A stretch of DNA of 64,000 bases from Squalus acanthias (taxonomy: Eukaryota): positions 35,588,001-35,652,000 of the forward strand of contig CM059449.1 in assembly GCA_030390025.1 (NCBI GenBank), written 5' to 3'. The notes beneath the pieces are model-generated. The model ran no database searches. It was not told the origin of the DNA and was given only the letters and a program-made list of their open reading frames with translations. Every line of letters begins with the position of its first letter. The stretch's first letter is position 1. Both the position numbers and the translations under genes were made by a program. Shown piece by piece: positions 25,738 through 35,503 of this stretch.

Positions 25738-26659
25738 CTAGAACAGTAATTGAATCGATCAATAGCTACATAATTATCTCATCTATACACCAAATCTCAG
25801 AATTTCAGTTATTCTTTAGTTACTCTTTCCATTACTATGTGTAGAAATGGAATTTAGTGTCTAAAACAAGGTTCATCACACAGGGACATAGAATTTACAG
25901 CACAGAAAGAGAACAATTGGCACCAAAGGTAAACGGCAGCTGCCTGCTGTAATATTCCTGCTATATTAGGTGTTCAGACCTGCATGAAAAACCCCAACAG
26001 TGTCCTAACCAATGTCTTCTGTAAGTCAATATCAAGTCCCTGATGTTATACTCAATGACCCATTGAGCAAAATACAGACGAGGTGAAATTGGTCTTCTCC
26101 AGTAGTGCGAAATGGACTCATAGCGAATCAGCACTCGTTTTACACTCCACCCATTGTTCTTCTAATAACTTCAAAGATATAAAATGGGCTGTCAATTCAC
26201 CATGGCCCCAATGGAAGGGAAGATTGGGCGGAGTGTGTAATGGGTGGCCGATCCAATATCACTCATTTTACACTGTCACCAAAAGTTAAAATTACCCCTC
26301 ACATATGCAACACCACAGGACATTGAGTAGAAAATTTAAAACTCTTACATCTGTGTGTAATTCCTGTCCACAAAAGCATACTTCCTGTTGTCATATTTCT
26401 ACTACATTTGTGTTAACAATTCCCTTTATAAAATCCTATGTCCACCTTAAAAAGGAAGCTGCCACCGTCGGCTGGTCATGCTGTAATTACACCCTCCCAC
26501 CGGTGGTGGCACTGTCGGACTTAGCTTTGCATTTCCCAGAGAAACTGCGGTGCACCAACCAATTCTACTTCACTGCTTCCCAAATTGAATAAATGTTGGT
26601 ATTTAACTATAAATCTAGCTATATTTTATTAGAAATGTTATGTACTACCTGTCCACACA

Positions 26660-27621
26660 ACCTACTACGTACAGTTTTGGTCCCCTTATTTAAGGAGGGA
26701 TATACTTCCATTGGAGGCAGTTCAGAGAAGGTTCACTAGGTTGATTCCTGGGATGGAAGTGTTGTCTTATGAGGAAAGGATGAGCTGGTTCGGCCTGTAC
26801 TCATTGGAGATTAGAGGAATGACAGGTGATCTTATTGTTACATATAATATTCTGAGGGGGTTGGACAGGGTTGATGCTGAGAGGGTGTTTCCCCTCGTCA
26901 GGCAATCTAGAACGAGGGGGCACAGTCTCAGAATAAGGGGTCGCCCATTTAAGACGGAGGTGAGGAGGAATTTCTTCTATCAGAGTGTCGGGAAGCTTTG
27001 CAATTCTTTTCCCCAGAGAGCTGTGGAAGCTGAGTTATTGAACATATTTAAGGCTGAGATAGGCAGATCTTTGAGGAACAGGGGAATCAAGGGTTAGGGG
27101 GAGCAGGCAGCAAAGTGGAGTTGAGGCCAAAATTGGATCAGCCATGATCGCATTAAATGGCAGAGCAGGCTCGAGGGGCCGAATGGTCTGCTCCTGCTCT
27201 TATCTTATGTTCTTATGTTCTTACTTCCTGTTGTCACATTTTTATCAACCTTTGCCCATTATCAATTCCTCTGGATTCCTGTTCAAAATCATAAAGGCCT
27301 TGGATAGAGTGAATAAGGAGTGAGGTCGTTAACAAGAGGACACAGATTTAAGGTAATTGGAAAACGTGCCAGAGGTGATATGACGGTTTTGTTTACGTGG
27401 TGGGTTGTTGTGATCTGGAATGTATTACCTGAGAGGGTGCTGGAAGCAGATTCAATAGTGACTTTCAAAAGGGAATTGGATAAATACTTGAAGGGGAATC
27501 GTTGCAGGGCTATGGGGAAAGGGCAGGGGAGTGGGTCTAATTGGATAGCTTTCAAAGACTCGGCACAGGCACGATGGGCCGAATGGCCTCTTTCTGTGAT
27601 GTATTATTCTATGATTCTATA
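26660..27621 (+). mobile_element. Two adjacent CR1 3'-end fragments (about 26660-27223 and 27285-27621)
   Basis: EAVQRRFTRLIPGM..RTRGHSLRI with a (TTCTTATG)n tail; then TRGHRFKVIGK with a (ATTCT) tail. Confidence 0.88.
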
Positions 27622-28611
27622 TGTCAACATTTGAAATGGGAGTTGCCGATGAAAAGTCAGCATGTTGCAATTGCACCCTCGCTCCAATGGTGGCGCTGTA
27701 ATGCCTCAGTTTTTTGTTACCCAACTCTTCAGCCTATACTTCTGGAAAACTCCCGTGTATAAACCGACTCTACTTCTCACCTTCACAGTTTTCCAGCAAT
27801 GTTGTTACTTAACTATAAAATAACATGCCAGAATATTAGCCAATGCTGTCACAATACATGCCAGAAATGATATTAAATTGGGGACTGCGTTATGTTTGCA
27901 CAGCATAGGCTAACATTCCCTGTCCTCCAAGCTTGTTACAATGGACTTGACTCCATGAAAGTAATTTTGACTTTGGATGTGTGTGTAAAATGGGCGATAT
28001 TGGATCGTCCGCCCATTTTGCACCTCGCCTGATTCTCACGTCCATAGAGGTCAACGGAAGGGAAAATTAGACAGGGAGTATATTGGGTAGTCAGTTCGAT
28101 ATCGCTCATTTTACACTATTGCCCAAATATAAAATTTACCCCTAATGTATAGAAAACTGCGGGCAGTGCATTATGCATTTCTGATAAGCAACCTGCGGGA
28201 TATAAGATGGCATTGAAGCCTCAAACTTACACATCTACATTAAATATCAAATATGTGCTCACTAATATCACTGAGCAAATGCAATGATATGAATAATAAT
28301 CCTTCAATTTAATATTGCCAATATAATTCAATAGACACAATATTGCCAATATGATTCAATACATGTGTTATTTCCAATGTCATTCAATAAATCTATTACG
28401 AATATTATTCATTAAAAGTAATATGACCATGCATGGAGGGGTTAATTTTAAATTGTGGTCATAGTGTAAAGCGGAAAATATCGGGTCATTGGCTTGTTAT
28501 AAACCTCGCGCAATTGAAAGGGAATCCGAGCGAGGTGTAGAACGGGCGGTCGGTCCAATATTGGCCACTTACTTATTTGCTGAAGAGTTAAAAATTACCC
28601 CATAAACATAA

Positions 28612-29361
28612 TAGGCCAGAAATTCGGCTCTTCGGCTTCCCGCGGGTGCAAGAATCGTGCGCGTACTTACATACCGCGCCTGCCGTTGTGCTTCGGGCCC
28701 ACGTGGAATTCGGCTGCTGGGCCTCCTGCAGCTGCCGGCGTGCAGTGTTCGTGTATCCCAGGGGCGCAGTTTGTGCGAAGCGTCCCCTGGGATCACGTGG
28801 GCCATGGAGAGCCAATCGGAGCAGGGAATCTTCATTCACAGATTTGACAGGAAGACCTGTCAAATCTATGAATAGAGATCGGCCCCAAAACCTCACTAAA
28901 ACTTCAAATAATTTTTAAAAAAGCATCACATTTTTAAAATAACTATATATTACATAAATTAACTACTTTAAACAAAAATTTAAATTTTTGAAAAAATTAA
29001 TTACACTTTTTAACTGTGCTAAAAATAAACTTACCTTTCTTTAAAGTATGTAAAAAAGATAAACCTGTTGAAATTTTTTTAAATTGTACTTAATTCACCA
29101 CTTACCTTGTTAAAAGCAGGCCTTGCGCCTCCTTTTTCCCCACGCAGCTTCTCCGTACTAACCCTCATGGAGAAACCTGAAAAAAAACTGAAGTTCGAGG
29201 TCTAAGCACTGCCTCTCCAGCGCACGCGTTCGACCTCTGAACCCCTTCCTTCAGGGGAACGGAAGTTCCGGTTTCCAGCGCATGTGCAGTGCATGCGCAA
29301 AACCGGCACTTTCGTTCAGTCTACGGGTGAGTACCCGTGGAGACCCGAATTTCTGGCCCAT
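28612..29361 (-). mobile_element. ~750 bp MITE, TIR GGCCAGAAATTCGG, inverted relative to the 29410 and 48777 copies
   Basis: Terminal inverted repeats, GC-rich ends and an AT-rich core. Reverse-complement similarity to 48777-49542. Confidence 0.85.
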
Positions 29362-29856
29362 TATGATTAGTTACATGTAAACCACCAGCAAAACAATTAA
29401 ATAAACATAATGGCCCGAAAATTAGACCTAATACGTGAGAGTACGCACGGTGTACTCTCACGTATTAGATCCCGAATTGCTGGTTTCCTGCATGCACTGC
29501 GCATGTGCGGGAAACCGGCACTTCGTGAATTGAAAAGGGGGCGGTTCCTAAGTGAACCGCGTGCGCGCTACAGGCTGTGCGCACGCAGTGCACTTAGTTT
29601 TTTTTCAGCTTTGAATGCGCAGGTAAGTGGTGAAGATTTTACACACAAAGAAAGCAGGCGTAGGACCCCCTTTTAACAAGGTAAGTAGTTAATTAAGTGT
29701 TATTTTAATTTTTTTTCAACAGGTTTATCTTTTTTAGAGACTTTAAAGAAAGGTAAGTTTATTTTTATAACTTCTAAAAAGATTTTAAATGTTTTCAAAA
29801 ATTTAATTTTTTGTTTAAAGTGGTTAATTTATTTAACTATACTTATTTTATTAATG

Positions 29857-31073
29857 AGAAGTCGCACAACACCAGGTTATAGTCCAACAGATTTATTTAA
29901 TTTTACAAGCTTTCGGAGCGGTTCGCTCCTTCCTCAGGTAGGGTAGCAGTGAGAGAATCTCCCAGAATTCACAATATAGACACAGACAAAATCTATTCAA
30001 ATCTTTCCCTACATCAAAGACACACTAAGAGCACAGCCAAGACAATGAGATGTGTCCCAGGGGGTCCAACGTGTCAAAACACCTGCTGGCTGCATATCCT
30101 GTCAATTTGTGTTGGTTCTTGTGTTAGTCTTTTTAAAAAAAAAACACCTGGAAAGACCGGCCATGATGTCAAGTCACGTTCTGTATCGTGACATGAACCC
30201 GATATCGCGATTGAGGCCATCCTCATGAGTGCGGAACTTGGCTATCAGTTTCTGCTCTATGATTTTGCGCTGTCGTGCATCCCGAAGGCCGCCTTGGAGA
30301 ACGCTTACCCGCAGATCCGAGGCTGAATGCCCCTGGCTGCTGAAGTGTTCCCCGACTGGGAGGCAACCCTCCTGCCTGGCGATTGTTGCGCGGTGTCCGT
30401 TCATACGTTGTCTCAGTGTCTACATGGTCTCGCCGATGTACCATGCTCTGGAGCATCCTTTACTGCAACGTATCAGGTAGACAACGTTGGCCGAGTCACA
30501 TGAGTATGTACCGTGTACCTGGTGGGTAGTGTCCTCACGTGTGATGATGTTATCTGTGTCCATGATTTGGCATGTCTTGCAGAGGTTTCCGTGGCAGGGT
30601 TGTGTGGTGTCGTCGTTGCTGTTCTCCTGAAAGATGGGTAATCTGCTGCGAACGATGGTACTTTTGAGGTTAGGCGGCTGCTTGAAGGCGAGTAGTGGAG
30701 GCGTGGGGATGGCCTTAGCAAGGTGTTCGTCGTCATCGATGACATGTTGACTAACGAAGACTAACACAAGAACCAACACAAATTGACAGGATATGCAGCC
30801 AGCAGGTGTTTTGACACGTTGGACCCCCTGGGACACATCTCATTGTCTTGGCTGTGCTCTTAGTGTGTCTTTGATGTAGGGAAAGATTTGAATAGATTTT
30901 GTCTGTGTCTATGTTGTGAATTCTGGGAGATTCTCTCACTGCTACCCTACCTGAGGAAGGAGCGAACCGCTCCATAAGCTTGTAAAATTAAATAAATCTG
31001 TTGGACTATAACCTGGTGTTGTGCGACTTCTCATTTTTGTCCACCCCAGTCCAACGCCGGCATCTCCACATCA
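29857..31073 (-). mobile_element. Penelope-like element: GIY-YIG 3' fragment with inverted pseudo-LTRs and a 13-bp flanking duplication
   Basis: NVVYLIRCSKGCSRAWYIGET..RMNGHRATI..VGEHFS. Near-identical ~275 bp inverted repeats at about 29854-30131 and 30757-31035. TATTTTATTAATG is duplicated at 29844-29856 and 31074-31086. Confidence 0.92.
29904..29940 (-). ncRNA. Minimal hammerhead ribozyme (intact core) in Penelope pLTR
   Basis: Minus strand reads TAC-CTGAGGA-A-GGAGCG-AAC-CGCTCC-GAAA-GC-TT-GTA. This gives the core, a perfect 6-bp stem II, a palindromic AGCU stem III and a 3-bp stem I. The inverted twin at 30948-30984 has GAAA changed to ATAA. Confidence 0.78.
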
Positions 31074-31499
31074 TATTTTATTAATGTGATGGCTTTTTTT
31101 AAAATTTAATTGAGGTTTAGCTGTTCTTTTGGGGGTGTGGAGTATTCATAGCTTTGACAGGTCTTCCTGTCAAAACTATGAATGAAAGATGGTGTGCTGC
31201 CATTGGCTCTAACTGAATCACGTGATCCCAGAGCTCGCACGAACTAATTGCGTCTCTGGGTCACGCAAGCACTGCACGGTTCCAACAGAGAGAGCCTTTG
31301 AAACTAAAGTTCGTGTGGGCCCGGAGCAAAAAGGTAGGCGCGGAGTGCGATATCGCGGGGAATCCTTACCCCCGCGGGAACCATCCATGTTTAATTTCTG
31401 GGCCAATATTACAAATATCATGAATTAAATGTAATAATACAAATGCCATTCAATAAACACTGGTGGTGGTGGGGAGGGGTGCATTTTTATCTGTTGGAC

Positions 31500-32010
31500 C
31501 AGGTAAAATTTGATCAATGCTGAATCGGCCGCCCACTTTACACCATGTCCGAGCCTGGAGGAGTCCGTGTTCCATGTATGTATCGAATGTCAGAGGTTGC
31601 AGCCCCTCTTCCATTATTTGAAGCGCCTGCTCCTCGATTTTTCGCTGCACTGCAGGCCCACGCTCCTGATCTTTGGTCACTCCGTGCGGAGGGGAACGGG
31701 CAGATCGGGGGGCCTCCTTGTAGGGACTGGCCAAAGTGGCTATCAACTGGTCCAGGCAGCAGGCGATCGAGGGGATCGTTCGGACCAACTGCCTGCCTCT
31801 CTTCTGCGGCCACGTTCACGCCCGGGTGGCCCTGGAGATGGAGCACCCGGTGTCCGCCGGCATGCTCAAGGCCTTCCGCGACCGGTGGGCATTGCAGAGA
31901 CTGGAGTGCATCATCATCCCCGTAACCAAATTTTAATTTACGATGTTAAGTTTGCTTTAATGGTTATTTTTAGTTACAGTTTATTTGTTTATAATGTGCA
32001 CCTAAAGAAT
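31500..32010 (+). mobile_element. Tx1 (L1-clade) LINE 3' fragment
   Basis: LEESVFHVCIECQRLQPLFHYLK..PTLLIFGH (zinc-knuckle region) and LAKVAINWSRQ..RVALEMEH..FRDRWA are typical of Tx1 ORF2 C-termini. Confidence 0.75.
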
Positions 32011-32584
32011 TCAACATGTCCGATTTTCAGAAAATCGATAAGCTGTAAAACAACAGCTGATTCACAGGCGCCCATATTTTGCCCGTTTTAAACCACATCT
32101 CATTTTATTTATCGATCGCGGTGTAAAACAACAGCTGATTCACAGGCGACCGTATTTTATCATGTTATGAAAGTGAAATTCAACTTTAGCAGGGTTGCTG
32201 AACGGGTGGGAGCGGAAAAGCCGCCTGTTATAGACCCGGCCCATTTTACTGTGAAGGGAATGGGAAGGAAAATCAATCAGCATGTATAAAGGGTGGCCTC
32301 GCTGCTACTGCCCATTTTACACACACCGATACTGAATTTCGCCCCCTGTATGACCAATTTCATTCATTGGGGTTAATGTTACCTTCCAGAGATGGTGTAA
32401 AATGGCTGATATCCAATTAGTTGTCCATTATACACCTCGCCTAATGTTCCCTTCCACTGAAGTCAATGGAAGGGAAAATCAGGCGGGTGTATATCAGGCG
32501 GTTCGATATCACTCATGTTACACTATCCCCCAAGTTTAAATGAACCCTGTCGTTCGCTGCATTCATTCAAACGAATACACTCAC

Positions 32585-32845
32585 TTGATGTTTGATTGTT
32601 CTGCTGCAACCATCTATCAACCGGTCCCTTGATGAGTCCGTGGAAACCAGCTAGAGTGCTTGTGTATTCGTCCCAGTAGCTTTTGTCAAATGCTTCCGCC
32701 ATCCATTGCTGTCTTGGAACAGTTATTTTCATATTTTTGTCGTAATAGTCTATCTCACAGCCATCCAAAAGCCTCATAACACTGTACTCCGGCAGATCAG
32801 CAATCCCATGGTTCAGGGTGTAGTAATATAACAGAGAGTGAGACT
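32585..32845 (-). CDS. MHC class I-like heavy chain, alpha1 exon
   Basis: 261 nt, phase 1-1, TCCTAG|AG ... CAA|GTGAGT. Translation ESHSLLYYYT..LPEYS..LDGCEIDYYD..PRQQWM..YWDEYT..NQTS, with the N86 glycosylation sequon. Confidence 0.96.
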
Positions 32846-33728
32846 CTAGGATATAATAAAAAAAACATAATTGGCATATCAAATATCAGAAATATCCGTT
32901 TGCAAAACAACTTCGGAAAAATAATTTATTTCGAAAAATGAGAGATCACTGGATATTTTGCCATCGCTCCCGTATTAAACCATTGCAGAGAAGACAAAAT
33001 GAGCCTTAATATTTAATGTTATCCATTTACAAGAATATTCCCATTTTCCAAATAAATGAAAAATGTGATGGTTCGAATAAATTACATCAGCTCATCTCAT
33101 TTGTAAATCGTAACTTTAAGATTTTAGTCCCACGTCTGACCTGGGGATTCTTTGGTGAATTAGTGAGGAAGTGCATCCAGAATTATGGTACTAAGCCGTG
33201 CAGAATCCACCCCTAGTGCGTGCGCAGTGATCTACTCCCAGCCCGCTGCTTGTAGCGACATTAAAATTGGCCTCAGATTTACTGAGCGAAAGAGGGGGAA
33301 AAGCAGCTTGAATATATGCAAATTGCGGTTAAAGGAGGTTATCAGGGCCCTCAGCAATATTTCCCTCTCTGCCCACATTGTTACCGCTAGTTCCTGATCC
33401 TGCCGACACACTGGAACCACTCGGGAGGCAGATATTACAGGGATCCTCAGTTGGTCTGAAATAAAATGCTGGAATATTTAGGAGACATTTTACTTCTATT
33501 TTGTTGTAGGATTTCACTACTTAATCTATTTAAATTTCTTGTACTGGCTGCTGAATATTTTGAACTGTTAATGGACTTCTCGTAATTTCACTCTGGAATG
33601 TAGTGGAGTGTCAGTTGTGATTGGAGGAGAGCCATGGGAAGTCTGAAGGGAAGGATTAGTAGAGCAGCGGCTAACTTCAGGCGGTGCGAGGCTGTGCAGA
33701 TAGTAAGAGAGACGTGAAGCCGAGTCTG

Positions 33729-34125
33729 ACCTTGTCAGTCCTGGTGAGGTCATTACGTTTCCTCCTGCAATGCAGCTAGATCCTTGGGAAAATGGAATAT
33801 AAATTTGTCTTGGGTGGCAGCGCGGAATGGGCGACAGCGAATCAGCAGCCAGCTTTGCCCGCCGCCTGAATTTCTACTCGATTGAAGTCTTTGGAAAAGA
33901 AAATTGGACGATAGCCAAAACAGGCTGTCGATCTCCATCAGCCGCTGTCGGTTACCATGCACTTTATACCCAATGTTGCTGCAATTAACTTGCTCATCCA
34001 CCTCTCGCCATTACAGCTGACTAATTTGACGGGCCTATCATTACCTATTAGAGGAGTCGAGGTCCTCAGTACCAGTGCTAACTTGCTCTTCAAGCGCCTC
34101 CACCGTTGCCCAGAGAATCGGAGGA
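33729..34125 (-). mobile_element. Decayed Myb/SANT-like ORF of a PIF/Harbinger transposon
   Basis: Minus-strand pieces RFS.ATVEALEEQV...WREVDEQVN and LHCRRKRNDLTRTDK|gtcag match the Harbinger Myb-like motif pattern (RFS..LEAL..V / W..V...VN / QCRKKFNDL). Stops and an insertion are present. Confidence 0.55.
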
Positions 34126-34707
34126 CACCTGACCATGTCATGAAAGCTGCTGCTCCAGTAAGTCGCTCTCCATTAACCACCCTTGAAAAGTGCATCGTCC
34201 CTTTAAGGGACTGCAGGAAGCCTTTAAATCAAAAGGTCTTGGCGCTCATTTCATGTAAATGAAGCCGGATCATGAAATTATACTGTCCCCACCAAGTTAA
34301 TCTATCAGACAGGCGGAGCATAGGTTTACCAACCCTCCAGAACTATCCCGCAGTCTCCAGGAATTAAATATTAATCTCCTGGACACCGCTGCAAGAAACT
34401 AGAGAGAAAGATAACAACAACAGCACAACAATCACAATTACAATAATATTAGAGCTGGGGACAGAAGGCGGCTTGACTGGGCTGGAGGTCATGTGATGAA
34501 AGCTCCTGGAATGAGTCCAACCAACGTTGCCAACACGTCGGCCTGAATCACCGCACAAATTCCCATCTATGATTGAGGGACATTACTTCAGTCCTGCAGT
34601 AACTCTCTGGCGTGTTTCTTAACCGTCCAACGCCACACGAGGCCCAATCGTCACCTCACCATTTCAACCAACACAGGAGCTCCCCCAGGGCATCCGCAAG
34701 GTCCGAG

Positions 34708-34921
34708 GCAGTTAGTGTAACCCGGACTAAACACGGGGGCAGTCAGTGTAACCCGGACTAAACAAGAGGGCAGTCAGTGTAACCCGGACTAAACATCGGG
34801 GCAGTCATTGTATCCCGGACGAAACACGGGGCAGTCAGTGTAACCCGGACTAATTACGGAACAGGCAGTATAACCCGGACTAAACACGGGGGCAGTCGGT
34901 GTATCCCGGACTAAACCCGGG
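34708..34921. repeat. Minisatellite, 7 x ~31 bp (GCAGTCAGTGTAACCCGGACTAAACACGGGG)
   Basis: Seven head-to-tail units with no spacers, starting about 75 nt into MHC intron 1. Confidence 0.95.
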
Positions 34922-34995
34922 TCAAATACTTTGTTCATGATGGCGGTCTAGTGCAATAATGAATATAGCCGCACAACTCCTGTCATTTGACTTAC

Positions 34996-35047
34996 CAGGA
35001 ACCACCCTTTGAAAAAAGTAAAGGCTCACTAAAGCAAAGAGGAACAT
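34996..35047 (-). CDS. MHC class I-like heavy chain, signal peptide exon (MFLFALVSLYFFQRVVP)
   Basis: AACATG start, 17 codons plus 1 nt, hydrophobic core, and a phase-1 donor CTG|GTAAGT. Joins alpha1 as VVP-ESHSL. Confidence 0.8.
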
Positions 35048-35472
35048 GTTTCAGGGAGTCACTCAGTGAAAACCCTGTACAGCGAGACGGGAAAGTTATG
35101 TCGTTGCCCGAACCTCTCCCACATTATTCTACTTATCTCGTTTAGTGAAACTCATTCTATCCAATGGGAATGAACTCACCTCCCGTCACTGGGGAGGGAA
35201 TCTCTGGCTCTATTCCCAACATTAGGAACTGCGGGCAGAATTGGATTAGAAAATAACACACTGGTCAATGGCAAAGACTTGAAACTGGAGGAAGACTGGG
35301 ACACAAATTGAAGGCATCGGCGATAATATTACCCACTGAACCTGATCGTTAGCGATTATAGAGCTGGCTGTTAAAAGCAGCAGCAATCTCCAATCCTGTG
35401 TTTGCACCTTATCAGAAGAGGTGCAAATCTCACTGGCAAATACAGCCTCGCCTTGTTAAGGTCAATGAAAGG

Positions 35473-35503
35473 CCAATCACAGGCTGGTCACTTTCAGTGT
35501 TTC
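35473..35503 (-). promoter_or_regulatory. Candidate MHC promoter elements: Y-box (TGATTGG) and IRF-like GAAACACTGAAAGTGA
   Basis: The sense strand reads CCCAGCAGAAACACTGAAAGTGACCAGCCTGTGATTGG about 430 nt upstream of the leader ATG. Spacing does not match the canonical X-Y module exactly. Confidence 0.35.

Larger units (their letters stand above)
29410..31406 (+). mobile_element. Same ~760 bp MITE family, interrupted by a Penelope insertion
   Basis: 29410-29856 plus 31087-31406 is colinear with the intact copy at 48777-49542. Confidence 0.9.

Noticed and set aside
34364-34558. Hydrophobic IIVIVIVVLLLLSFSLVSCSG stretch as the class I leader
   Set aside because: It derives from ACA/ATA low-complexity sequence, with no suitably placed ATG or good donor. 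The exon at 34996-35047 fits much better.
34708-34921. CRISPR-like array (also 44542-44730)
   Set aside because: Units are contiguous with no unique spacers, there are no cas genes, and the context is vertebrate. These are minisatellites.
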